Positions 9,722 to 18,668 of a DNA stretch of 64,000 bases are shown in pieces. The position numbers were made by a program, and so were the translations under genes. Every line of letters starts with the position of its first letter. Position 1 is the first letter of the stretch. A model generated the notes under the pieces. It saw nothing but the letters and a program-made list of their open reading frames with translations, was not told where the DNA came from and did no database searches. Origin of the DNA: a virus (Duplodnaviria; Caudoviricetes); the IMG/VR virus record IMGVR_UViG_3300042691_038938; one strand, written 5' to 3'.

Positions 9722-10353
9722 ATTATGTTTGATGAGTAACTTTTGTTTTGTATTACTTGATTGAAAGGCTGGATTATCCTGATCCTGTACTTGCCTATGT
9801 TAGTATGATTGTAACTCATGTGCTGTATCACCTTTGCGTAGAAATTGTCTATTTCCATTCCTGAATGAGCTCCCATCTCTAAGATATCGTCGTATAAGTT
9901 TGCAGTCACTCCATACGCATGAGCACAGACTATCTGATTCCTAAAGAAGGGTTCAATCAACCCACCGAAATAGAGCATGTCCCAATCATTAAGGATCTCC
10001 TGGTTTATTGTGAGTAATTCACTAGGGTCGATCAGGAATTCAACGTCGTCTTCAAGTATTAAGACTCGCTGATATCCTTGATTCTTAGCATACTGAATAG
10101 CATTGAGATGAGATTGTCTACAACCTAGCTGGCCCTTGATGTACTTTTCATCGTCCTTTATGAAATTACGATAACTTATCGGTTGAGGTAGAGATATCAA
10201 GTCACTTCCTGCGATCCTTTGAAAGTTCGTGATTCCAAACTTTTCAAACTGCTTGAGCATGCCATGATCACGAGAAACGTCCTTATCCATGTTGATATAG
10301 AGTATCTTGTCAAAGTACTCATTAATGTTTACTGGACGATAGGTAAAATCCAT
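9718..10353 (-). CDS. Glycosyltransferase family 25-like
   Basis: YINMDKDVSR, GQLGCRQSHL, LILEDDV and AHAYGV motifs. Confidence 0.8.
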   Translation of the reverse strand: MDFTYRPVNINEYFDKILYINMDKDVSRDHGMLKQFEKFGITNFQRIAGSDLISLPQPISYRNFIKDDEKYIKGQLGCRQSHLNAIQYAKNQGYQRVLILEDDVEFLIDPSELLTINQEILNDWDMLYFGGLIEPFFRNQIVCAHAYGVTANLYDDILEMGAHSGMEIDNFYAKVIQHMSYNHTNIGKYRIRIIQPFNQVIQNKSYSSNII

Positions 10354-11237
10354 TAGGTTAAGGCAATTGAGTTTAATACGTCTGATTCATCAAACACGTT
10401 CAAGTCAAGTAGAGGACACTCATGTAAGGTTCCATGGAAGTTGTAATCAAACAGATAACTGTCTGGTAGCTTAACTGTGTCAGGTAGTGTTGCTGTTATA
10501 TTGTTATGTAAAGACCAACCAAAGGTCTTAGGACTCGTTCCAACCCAAAGAACAGTAGAAGGTGCTCCCAAAGCCGCAGCTGCATGCTGAAGGCACGAAT
10601 CTATCAAGACTCTCTTTGATGAAAAGAGAAGCATTGAAAGAAATTCCATGTTAGACATAGGTTCAATGACTGCCTCAGCTCCTTCGATCGCTTGTTCAGG
10701 AAGACGACACACCTGTAAGATGTGATAGTCATTTGAAAAAGTCCTAACTATTTTCTCTGCTATGTCATGCGGCATGTCTCTAGTCCAGGAATAGGGATAA
10801 GGCTGATCCTTGAGAGGGCCGCCGTTTGTTTGAAGCACCATGATGGGTTTAGTTCTGGACCATTTTCTAAATCCATACTGTCTCTGTCTAACATTGAAGA
10901 GAAGCTCAGGAGTCTCTCCAGAATAGTCTAACTGATATAACTTACACCAATTCTCGACTAGCGGAAGTTCCTGGTGTATGTGTTCATTCGTAAAGTATGG
11001 CTCATGTTTGAATATCATGGTATCCTTGCCCTTAACATAGTCTTGATAAAAGTATGGAGTCATTCCAATTCGATAGACTCTGTCCACGAATGGAAGGTTT
11101 AAGAAGACTTCTGGATACGCACATACTACGATGAGCTCCCTATCCGGATGATTATTTTTGATGCACTTTGCAACAGCTGTTGCTGCGATGTGTTTGCCGA
11201 GTCCACCTTCTAGGTGAAAGATTGAGTATTTTTCCAT
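10353..11237 (-). CDS. GT-B glycosyltransferase, GT9 (heptosyltransferase)-like
   Basis: N-terminal GGLGKHIAAT...HPDRELIVVCAYPEVF and C-terminal IDSCLQHAAAALGAPSTVLWVGTSP. Confidence 0.75.
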   Translation of the reverse strand: MEKYSIFHLEGGLGKHIAATAVAKCIKNNHPDRELIVVCAYPEVFLNLPFVDRVYRIGMTPYFYQDYVKGKDTMIFKHEPYFTNEHIHQELPLVENWCKLYQLDYSGETPELLFNVRQRQYGFRKWSRTKPIMVLQTNGGPLKDQPYPYSWTRDMPHDIAEKIVRTFSNDYHILQVCRLPEQAIEGAEAVIEPMSNMEFLSMLLFSSKRVLIDSCLQHAAAALGAPSTVLWVGTSPKTFGWSLHNNITATLPDTVKLPDSYLFDYNFHGTLHECPLLDLNVFDESDVLNSIALT

Positions 11238-11239
11238 TT

Positions 11240-11644
11240 TTATTTCTTGCTTTTTAGTAGTTTTTCAAGTATTTCATGTCCCTTTGGATCCACTAGATCG
11301 TGCCATCCAGTCTCACCTGCGTGTATCTGTCGACGAATCTCTGTTGCTGAGATGTTCGCGATCTGCGAGTCTACTTGGATCTCCTTTACCTCATATCCGA
11401 CACCTCTTCCGTAATTTACGCTAGCAATATCAGGTATGATGATGATTTTTACTAATGGGTCTCCTTTATAGATTTCCAGCCAAATCTCAGATACTTCTGC
11501 TGCAGAGAGAGGATTTTTATCGTCTGGCTCAACATCTCGAATAGCAATTAAGATGGGCTTGCCCTTGCCTAAGTATTCGTTAAAGATGGTCATGTGACCC
11601 TTGTGAGGAGACTGATATCTCCCAATAAACATGTTATACGTCAT
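11240..11644 (-). CDS. HIGH-superfamily nucleotidyltransferase (NMNAT/cytidylyltransferase-like)
   Basis: FIGRYQSPHKGH and ISATEIR motifs. The likely start is MTYNMF at 11644, in an ATGA overlap with the upstream stop. Confidence 0.8.
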   Translation of the reverse strand: MTYNMFIGRYQSPHKGHMTIFNEYLGKGKPILIAIRDVEPDDKNPLSAAEVSEIWLEIYKGDPLVKIIIIPDIASVNYGRGVGYEVKEIQVDSQIANISATEIRRQIHAGETGWHDLVDPKGHEILEKLLKSKK

Positions 11645-12084
11645 TTTTTCTTTATTTTTTCTAGTCCAAATGGTATCTTGTACCAAATCCTTTCGTGTAT
11701 GTAGTATGTAAATATCTTGATAAAGAAATCAGCTGTCCCTATCGAAAAACCTATCGTGATGCTCCCGGTAAGAAATGCGGCGATTAACGAAGTTATCGTA
11801 GAGGAATAGAAACGGTAAGTTATTGATTTTAAGATGTGTCTAAGTTTAGAGACTCTATTCTTTTCTCGAACCAGAACTATCTTGTTTTTGTCCCAGTGAA
11901 TGGAATCAACCTCACACGTGATGTGATACTTCTTTCCGACTCCCTCGACTTCATCCTGAGTGGTGTACGCCGCTCCATGAATCTCAAGATCGCTAGCTAG
12001 GTGTTCAACACCGTTTATGATGACTCGCCAAAAGAGGCCTGAATCACCAGCATCATGATTATATCGTATCTTGACTAGATGCAT
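11641..12084 (-). CDS. Two-domain protein with a C-terminal DUF2061-like membrane domain
   Basis: C-terminal RHILKSITYR...TADFFIKIFTYYIHERIW matches the DUF2061 pattern as I recall it. The N-terminal ~70 aa are soluble. Confidence 0.7.
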   Translation of the reverse strand: MHLVKIRYNHDAGDSGLFWRVIINGVEHLASDLEIHGAAYTTQDEVEGVGKKYHITCEVDSIHWDKNKIVLVREKNRVSKLRHILKSITYRFYSSTITSLIAAFLTGSITIGFSIGTADFFIKIFTYYIHERIWYKIPFGLEKIKKK

Positions 12085-12512
12085 CCTCTCAATATTAGGT
12101 GAGCCTTAATGATTCGTAGGCAGTCTAACTCGCTTGCCTTAGTATCAATTGGAAGGTAATCATTCACAGGTTCTTCATAATCGCTGACGAAAAAGTTTTC
12201 TCTTCCTCTAATGTCGCTCGTTTGTAAGAATATCTCAACTGTTTCTGCAGATTCCTTTAGCTCTTCTCTAAGATCTAGATAAGGGCTAACTAGTGCAAGA
12301 ATAGGAGTAAACCCCTTAGCGTCCAAGAATCTAGCGATATTGTAAGCATTAGTAAGGTTTCGACGACGTCCCTCTTGGCTATAATCCTTATTTTTGAATA
12401 TTTCTCGCATCTCATCTCCATCGATTATCATGGGATTAGGAACGATTTTTGCGATCTCTGCCGCAAGGGTAGACTTTCCAGCACCAGGCTGACCTATAAA
12501 ATGAATTATCAT
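12075..12512 (-). CDS. cysC: Adenylyl-sulfate (APS) kinase
   Basis: GQPGAGKST Walker A, IDGDEMR, DYSQEGRRRN, ALVSPY and DYEEP motifs. Confidence 0.85.
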   Translation of the reverse strand: MIIHFIGQPGAGKSTLAAEIAKIVPNPMIIDGDEMREIFKNKDYSQEGRRRNLTNAYNIARFLDAKGFTPILALVSPYLDLREELKESAETVEIFLQTSDIRGRENFFVSDYEEPVNDYLPIDTKASELDCLRIIKAHLILRGCI

Positions 12513-12530
12513 TAGAAAATAGTTTGTATG

Positions 12531-12556
12531 TTTTACTACAAACAGAAAGAATAGTT
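12531..12556 (-). promoter_or_regulatory. Putative early/middle promoter (AACTATT-N12-AGTAAAA) of the sulfation operon
   Basis: Matches a motif seen at five other intergenic sites and lies ~20 nt upstream of cysC. Confidence 0.5.
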
Positions 12557-12557
12557 C

Positions 12558-13106
12558 TTAGTTAAAATCTAATTCTATGTCAAAATCAAAGTAGCTAAAT
12601 TTAGCATTAAATGTTTTAAAGTCTGGTGTGCTTGAACTGTACGATAACTTGAACCCATCGACTCCCTTTAGGATAGGTCTCTTAAAGATGATAGAGCACA
12701 CTAAATATCCTTCATTGTCCAATAAGGAGAGTCTCATCGGATCGTAAGTCTGTTGAGGGTTACTAAAATCTAGAAACTTTAGACTGTTTTCAAAAAAGAT
12801 GAAATAGTTCAAGTATGCATCGGTCATCTTAAAAGTAATGGTGAACTCCTTGGTGAATAGGTCTACTACTTGAGTTGCATTCTTGTATTCTTGTTTCTTA
12901 CCCAAGATCCTAGTCTGAGAAGCAAGGTCCATGTTCCATCCCGGAAAGTCTATGCTCTGGATTGTTGCAGACATGAAATCACTAATCGAATCATATGGCA
13001 ATATGAGGCTTTGATAGTACTTCTTGTATTTTTCCTTTACTTCCTCAGTGAAATAGTCTGGAGGAAAGTTGAATATGAAACCGTTTTGTCTTACATTTAA
13101 TAACAT
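12558..13106 (-). CDS. Tail tube-fold protein (gp19/gp48/gp54-like)
   Basis: IQSIDFPG...EFTITF...LSLLD...FNAKFSY pattern typical of tube/baseplate-hub folds, in a structural operon. Confidence 0.55.
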   Translation of the reverse strand: MLLNVRQNGFIFNFPPDYFTEEVKEKYKKYYQSLILPYDSISDFMSATIQSIDFPGWNMDLASQTRILGKKQEYKNATQVVDLFTKEFTITFKMTDAYLNYFIFFENSLKFLDFSNPQQTYDPMRLSLLDNEGYLVCSIIFKRPILKGVDGFKLSYSSSTPDFKTFNAKFSYFDFDIELDFN

Positions 13107-13112
13107 TTTCTA

Positions 13113-13592
13113 TTACTTTTTAGTTGATCTAACCTTTGCCCAAGACTTGCTTGGACTTGCTGCATTTACCCTAGCCATTGCCCATTGATGAGAAGTCATT
13201 CCTTTCCTAGATCCTGAAGAATAGTACGCACCCAGTCCTTTAATGTATTCTCTTTTCAAGTCAGAAAAAGAATAGCCTTTCTTGGTAGCGACTGCTCTAA
13301 TCTTAGCTAAGGTCTCCTTGCTTAACGTGTTTGATTTTTTAGCCTCATTGACTTTGGAATCCTTACGTGGAGTGTTTTTAAAGCCAGGTTTTTCACGCTC
13401 AGCCTTTTCCATTTCATCCCTAAGTCTATATGCTTCTTCTTTGTTACCAGACTTAAGTAGATCTTGTGCTTTGTCTAGTTTCTTGGCACGCGTACTCCCC
13501 TTCGGAGCTTTATATTGGGCAGGATGAGGTTTGCTCTTTTTGCTTTCATTGAGCCACTGATTAAAAGTAAAAATGGAATTATTCTTGTCCAT
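13113..13592 (-). CDS. Basic putative internal head protein
   Basis: N-terminal FTFNQWLNES motif, Lys-rich, with the C-terminal GLGAYYSSG...QWAMARVN motif of a conserved phage domain. Confidence 0.55.
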   Translation of the reverse strand: MDKNNSIFTFNQWLNESKKSKPHPAQYKAPKGSTRAKKLDKAQDLLKSGNKEEAYRLRDEMEKAEREKPGFKNTPRKDSKVNEAKKSNTLSKETLAKIRAVATKKGYSFSDLKREYIKGLGAYYSSGSRKGMTSHQWAMARVNAASPSKSWAKVRSTKK

Positions 13593-13597
13593 ACTTT

Positions 13598-14008
13598 TTA
13601 ATTATTTTTCTTTTTATTTATGAATTGAGAGTAAGACAAGACTTGTGACTCGTTCATCTTTTTAGGCAAACTTTCCTCCTTTATGATAAGTTCTCCCAAT
13701 ACTTCTAATCTTCCCATCTCAGTCTGAAAATCTATTTGAGACATGGAAGTAGATATTTTGTCGTAAGTTTTCTTAAATTCTTTTTTGGCCTCAACTAAAT
13801 CAAACTTACCGGCTGCCGCTCTCTTGTAATAAGGAAGCTTTACATTGAAATGGTGCCAGGTTAACATTGCAAGTCCTCCTTTTCTCTTAGCGTTATCTAC
13901 GATTTTTTCCGCTCCCGCTTCTCTAGTGTCTGCGAATTCAGAAAACTTGTCCATTGTTTGCTTTGCCTTATTTCCGTGCTTCTCTATCGTTTCATTTATC
14001 GAATTCAT
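13598..14008 (-). CDS. Hypothetical phage protein
   Basis: 136 aa. The C-terminus MNESQVLSYSQFIN resembles the N-terminal motif of its neighbours. Confidence 0.6.
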   Translation of the reverse strand: MNSINETIEKHGNKAKQTMDKFSEFADTREAGAEKIVDNAKRKGGLAMLTWHHFNVKLPYYKRAAAGKFDLVEAKKEFKKTYDKISTSMSQIDFQTEMGRLEVLGELIIKEESLPKKMNESQVLSYSQFINKKKNN

Positions 14009-14264
14009 AACTCTTTACTATTTTTACTTTTAATTCGCCTGTTCCTTTTATCACTCGATGCCACTCTCCCCTAGCAATAAAGACTGCTGAATTCAAGCTT
14101 TGAGGTAACCTATTCTCTAACTGTATCTTCCAGTCAGTAGGTTGAATTGAGACTACCATTCGATCCTCATCATCGCGGTGCCATTGGAGATTGATAGGAT
14201 CGATAGATTCGTCAAAAGTCCTAATCACATAATCGATATTCTCAACCTCTCTATAAATCATCAC
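13992..14264 (-). CDS. Small cupin-like protein
   Basis: WHRD and FIARGEWHRVIKG His motifs in a 90-aa beta-rich protein. Confidence 0.55.
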   Translation of the reverse strand: MMIYREVENIDYVIRTFDESIDPINLQWHRDDEDRMVVSIQPTDWKIQLENRLPQSLNSAVFIARGEWHRVIKGTGELKVKIVKSYEFDK

Positions 14265-14827
14265 CAGAATCCAGGATATGTTTTACCTCCCCATAGGTGA
14301 GCGTATCTGTTTATTCGACATGCCCAATAACCGGCTTTCGTCCGGTCCTTCTTCTCAGCACAATTATGTCTCGCGGCAAATGACTTTCTAGCCTTGGGAT
14401 TGGAAACCTTTGCGTTGAGTCCAGGGTCTCCGAACTGAATCTTCTTAATGTTTCCGGTTTGTGGATTTCTAACGTATACTACGTATTTTTTAGAGCCTCC
14501 CCTAGTTGGGTATCCAAGCTTAGGTTTTTTCTCTTCATTGATATCTAATTCCTCTAACGGAAGGTCTAATGAAACTTCTTGCCCTTGATAGAAACCAGTC
14601 TTACCAAGGTCAGTCGTCTCCAATAGAAGACGGTCGACTCCTTCGACTAGCAGAGATCCACTAAAGTAAAGGCTCCTAGCTTCTGCTAAGATCTCAAGGT
14701 GAGCTTTGCTTCCAGGTCGATACACTGACTCTGTGATGCTGTATCCCCTGCTTATGTGATAGTCTAGACCCTCAGAGATTGCCTGATGACCTAAAAACTG
14801 TGAGTAACTCTTTATTCTAGCTTCCAT
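14261..14827 (-). CDS. Putative internal head protein with a basic Cys/His C-terminal domain (DUF6321-like)
   Basis: Starts IKSYSQFL...ISE. C-terminal KKYVVYV...FGDP...SFAARHNC...AGYWAC. Confidence 0.55.
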   Translation of the reverse strand: MEARIKSYSQFLGHQAISEGLDYHISRGYSITESVYRPGSKAHLEILAEARSLYFSGSLLVEGVDRLLLETTDLGKTGFYQGQEVSLDLPLEELDINEEKKPKLGYPTRGGSKKYVVYVRNPQTGNIKKIQFGDPGLNAKVSNPKARKSFAARHNCAEKKDRTKAGYWACRINRYAHLWGGKTYPGFW

Positions 14828-14837
14828 ACTTAATTAT

Positions 14838-15623
14838 TTATTCGCTTGGCGGAAAGTCCCGATCTATCCACACGTCATCGAGAGTTGATCCAGTAAGACC
14901 GGAGTTCTCTCTTAAGTTTATTTGTTTAATCGTATTGCCTTTATAGAAAGTAGAGTGATCGTCAAAGCTAGGAAAGTAGGTCTCCATTTGAAGGTCAAGA
15001 GAGATGGATACGATGTTTGAATCAGTATAGGTAAAGCTATAAGTCTTTTGGAACTGAGCAGTCTCAGGAAAAGTCACCTGTGCTGGAATTCGGATTCCTC
15101 TAAACTGAAAGTATCTTACCTGATTCTTATAATAAAAATCAAAGATCTTTTCCATGATCTTAAAGGTCTTATTGATGTTATCGCTCTCTATCTTTATTGA
15201 AAAGCTCAAAGCCATCGGTAACGTAAAGAGCCTAGACGAAAAAGCTTTTAGTTGCTTTTGATCATTCTCGTCCCTTACTTCCTGATTGAAGCTTCCTCGA
15301 ACGAACTTGTTTGTAATATCGCTTGACTTTATCTGAAATCCGCCTAATGTGACTATTCCCCTGGGCATCTGTTCATAGTTACCCTCAGCATGACTAGGAC
15401 ACTTACAGTCTCCAGGTATCTCAAGAAAAAAGTCTTTCATGAATCCTTCGTCTCCTCCGAAATTATAGAAGAATGGAACCTCATGATAGGTGACTTCGTC
15501 GTTTCTCTTTAAGCTAATTATGACTTCTCTATTGAGTAGGTCAAGCAGTGACAGGGTAGCATTTCTTAAGAATATGTCCTGTACGTTCTCGTTTCGTATG
15601 TTTTCGTTCTTTGAGATCTTCAT
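14838..15623 (-). CDS. Tail terminator/completion protein (T4 gp15-like)
   Basis: VPFFY near the N-terminus and LPMALSFSIKIESDNINKTFKIMEKIFDFY; sits next to a gp14-like gene. Confidence 0.65.
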   Translation of the reverse strand: MKISKNENIRNENVQDIFLRNATLSLLDLLNREVIISLKRNDEVTYHEVPFFYNFGGDEGFMKDFFLEIPGDCKCPSHAEGNYEQMPRGIVTLGGFQIKSSDITNKFVRGSFNQEVRDENDQKQLKAFSSRLFTLPMALSFSIKIESDNINKTFKIMEKIFDFYYKNQVRYFQFRGIRIPAQVTFPETAQFQKTYSFTYTDSNIVSISLDLQMETYFPSFDDHSTFYKGNTIKQINLRENSGLTGSTLDDVWIDRDFPPSE

Positions 15624-15628
15624 TATTT

Positions 15629-17773
15629 TTATCTGTTTTTAGCGATGTACGGCAGGTTCGTTTGAGGTCTGCAGTTATCGATTAGGATCAACATTGACTC
15701 GTCCTTTAGGAATTGCTGACTTAGTATAAACTCGTGTTCTTCTTCCCTAAGCATGGTGTTGAAAAGACGCAAGTTCGTGATCAGGAGCAGGGAGTTCTGT
15801 AACACATAGTTTTGGTCTAGATCAAACGTCTCTTGAGATAAGGATGATGTCGCACCAAATATCTTATTAAAATCACTGTGATTTATGATGTCGCTTGGAT
15901 CTTCAGTGATTCGATAAACATAGGTTCCTATCTGTAAGAACTCGTTAGATATGGAAACCACCATTGCGTGCCACGTGCCGCTAATAAAGTTGTTGATTGT
16001 GTATATCTTGTTCTGACCGTTTATCTCAATCAACAGGATAAGATCTCCCTCAGGATTAGAAAGGTTGTAACGATTAAAGCTTCCTGTTATTCTTAGCCCT
16101 GCTTGTAATTCATTGTCGTATCCATTGATAAAGCTAACGATATCCGCAGATGTAGGCACGTTAAAGAGACAAGTGAACGAAAGGTTTTTAATGTTTGTCG
16201 TATTGAACTTTGGAGTGGCGTTATAAATCACAGCAGACTCCCTTACCCTAAACGTAGTGATCGTGTCTGGACCTAACGTATCAGTTAGGACGTCCCGCTG
16301 ATCATTGAATCTCATGTCTCGATATGCCTCTATCCTAATGTACCTATTGGGTTCAGACTGTCCGATGTTATTTGGAATATAATCGAATGGTCCCCTTATT
16401 CTGCAGTACCTCATGCTGGTTCCTCGAATGTTCTTGTCATTAGTGATGAGTCCTCCATTCTTCCAAGTAGCATAGAGATCGCTACCCTCATACGCAAGTA
16501 TCACGTCATTTTGAGGAGGCGGAACCTTGTCTAAGCTAGGTAAACTTGCAACGTATTGGCTAGTTGAGGTGACTGGAGAAGCAGGAGTCAAAGCAACAGT
16601 TATGTCTGTGCTGGGAACTCCTCCAAGATCATAATAGTTTTCTATTAAGGGTGCAAAATTGTAAGTATATTTCAAAGGTCTTAGCGTTGTGTCAGGATGA
16701 ATCGCCTTTCGGGAAGGATCAAAGGTCGTTGTTATCTTTGAATACTGCTCAGGCATTGTGCCGTCCTTAATATCTTTCTCTACTTCAGGTCCAAATAGCT
16801 GCTCTGCTGAGAGAATCACGTTATCCAAGAAGGTACGAGTCTCATCAGTAAGGAGCATATCGATGTTTGGATTGTACTTCTTAAGCTGAATCTTCCAATA
16901 ACTAGGAGTCATCATGAAGCTGCGAAAGAGGTAAGATCCCTGGATCTCAAACATCCTATTAAGCAGAGGAAAGTAGAGAAAGTCTCTCTTCCTAGGCTCA
17001 GACTCGCTTCCAAAGATTGATTGAAAGTATTTGTGATCTACATGAATCTCAAATGGCATCTGAAAGTCTATGCCAAATTCTGTGTATTTAGGCACGTTAT
17101 CAGGAAAGGTATTACCTGGCACTAAAACCTTTATACATTTGCGATCCACGTTTTTGTAGAGAGTCCATTCCTTAAAGACATAGTCACCGCTATCTGATTC
17201 AGGAACAGTCCTAAAATAAACTACTTGATGGCCGTATAGCTGATTAGTAAAGAATGAGAGCTCATTATAGAGTCCAATTGCGCTATCCACGTTGTATGGC
17301 CTAAAACTCGGATCCCTGTTTGTAATGATTGATGTGCATTTCTCATCTGAACATTGGGTCACAGGACAGTAGGTATTCGCAACGTTTCCTGCCTGCTTAA
17401 ACCTTAGTTTCACTTCGTTTACCTGAATGACGGTCGGCATCTCATTAGAAGTGCCGTCGTCGTACTCATATTTCACCTCGAAATAGAACTGATCGTTTGC
17501 GTCTAAATAGATTCCTGCAGCGTCCCCTAAGTTACCTGGAGAGACCTCATACCATAGTGACCAGTCTAACTTGTTCCTGGAATATCTAAAGTATCTCTTG
17601 AGATTAGTAAGATCGATCGCTTCTGGTGAAGTAAACATAAGATCTTCTAGGAAGTCTGTGAACTCAGTGATTCCTGTCACAGGCTCAGTCGTTGAAAATA
17701 TCCTAAAATTCTTACTAAAAGTCAGCGAGTTTTTCTGGGGATCTATCAGTAATTTGACAGTAGTCTTAATCAT
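15629..17773 (-). CDS. Neck/head-closure protein (gp14-like core) with extra N- and C-terminal domains
   Basis: Central YGHQVVYF...FGIDF...EPRKRDFLYFPLLNRMFEI. C-terminal LamG-like beta-sandwich (WHAMVV...ITNLRLFN). Confidence 0.55.
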   Translation of the reverse strand: MIKTTVKLLIDPQKNSLTFSKNFRIFSTTEPVTGITEFTDFLEDLMFTSPEAIDLTNLKRYFRYSRNKLDWSLWYEVSPGNLGDAAGIYLDANDQFYFEVKYEYDDGTSNEMPTVIQVNEVKLRFKQAGNVANTYCPVTQCSDEKCTSIITNRDPSFRPYNVDSAIGLYNELSFFTNQLYGHQVVYFRTVPESDSGDYVFKEWTLYKNVDRKCIKVLVPGNTFPDNVPKYTEFGIDFQMPFEIHVDHKYFQSIFGSESEPRKRDFLYFPLLNRMFEIQGSYLFRSFMMTPSYWKIQLKKYNPNIDMLLTDETRTFLDNVILSAEQLFGPEVEKDIKDGTMPEQYSKITTTFDPSRKAIHPDTTLRPLKYTYNFAPLIENYYDLGGVPSTDITVALTPASPVTSTSQYVASLPSLDKVPPPQNDVILAYEGSDLYATWKNGGLITNDKNIRGTSMRYCRIRGPFDYIPNNIGQSEPNRYIRIEAYRDMRFNDQRDVLTDTLGPDTITTFRVRESAVIYNATPKFNTTNIKNLSFTCLFNVPTSADIVSFINGYDNELQAGLRITGSFNRYNLSNPEGDLILLIEINGQNKIYTINNFISGTWHAMVVSISNEFLQIGTYVYRITEDPSDIINHSDFNKIFGATSSLSQETFDLDQNYVLQNSLLLITNLRLFNTMLREEEHEFILSQQFLKDESMLILIDNCRPQTNLPYIAKNR

Positions 17774-17867
17774 TGAGAAGCTTTTTCTTTAGTTTATTTA
17801 TTTGATTTTTTACACTAAACTTGGAATCGTGCTTCAGTGAAATAAATAATAAAAAGAGCATTAAGCT

Positions 17868-18668
17868 TTGAAAGAAAAACAGATACTCGATCCTCTATGG
17901 ATAACTAAGGGCAGTTATCTAGATCCAGAATACTTTAGCTACATACTCTTGGCAGCAAGCCAAAAGTACAGAAAGGATCTTGAAGAAGGAGACCTTCGCT
18001 ACTTTTATGAGCTCTTCTTTCATAGCTTGAACCTAAATAACTTGGCGATAGACGGTAGCTTATTTGATTCAAAGCTTCATCCCATCTGGCAGAACGAAAG
18101 ATTGAATGCAATAAAGAAAGAATTACGACAGATCTTTGAGAGAAAGACGGAGGTCGTTGAGATATTTAGAAATGCAAATTACGTCTTCTTAAACCTGATC
18201 CTAGAATACATGGATCAGCAGCTAGCCGCTTTTGACTTAATGGAGATCTTTTATATGAATGAGATGATTCATGAACAACAGGAGATATTCATAGTGATGA
18301 ATGAGGTCGGAAGCAAGCAATACTCGATTTGGTGCGTGAAAGAAGACTTTACTAAGGATTATGGAGTCTCATTTAGAAAAGTAAAAACGATCGTCCTTGA
18401 TGAGATCAAGGAAAACGCTCTCAAAGAAAAGTTGAGTGAGATGAATCACCCGACCTTAAATAGAATGAAGGACAAGAAGAATGTCGTTTTTGCAATAACT
18501 GAAGAAGTCGATCAAAAAATTGCGGCAAATGTCGTGAAAGACACAATTTTGCTAAACAAGGGGATTGCTAAGGGAATAGCCTTTGAGACAAACATCATCG
18601 CTGAGCTTCAGGCTCTACTTGTTGTTGAGAACCTGATGCCCTTTACTCTTTCTCAATGGATCGATTAG
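17868..18668 (+). CDS. Hypothetical protein under a late-type promoter
   Basis: 266-aa ORF with a TTG start; ATAAATAA at 17842-17849. Confidence 0.65.
   Translation: MKEKQILDPLWITKGSYLDPEYFSYILLAASQKYRKDLEEGDLRYFYELFFHSLNLNNLAIDGSLFDSKLHPIWQNERLNAIKKELRQIFERKTEVVEIFRNANYVFLNLILEYMDQQLAAFDLMEIFYMNEMIHEQQEIFIVMNEVGSKQYSIWCVKEDFTKDYGVSFRKVKTIVLDEIKENALKEKLSEMNHPTLNRMKDKKNVVFAITEEVDQKIAANVVKDTILLNKGIAKGIAFETNIIAELQALLVVENLMPFTLSQWID

Noticed and set aside
12075-12512. cysC as a sulfur-assimilation auxiliary metabolic gene
   Set aside because: No cysH or sulfite reductase nearby; it is co-transcribed with a sulfotransferase, the direct PAPS consumer.
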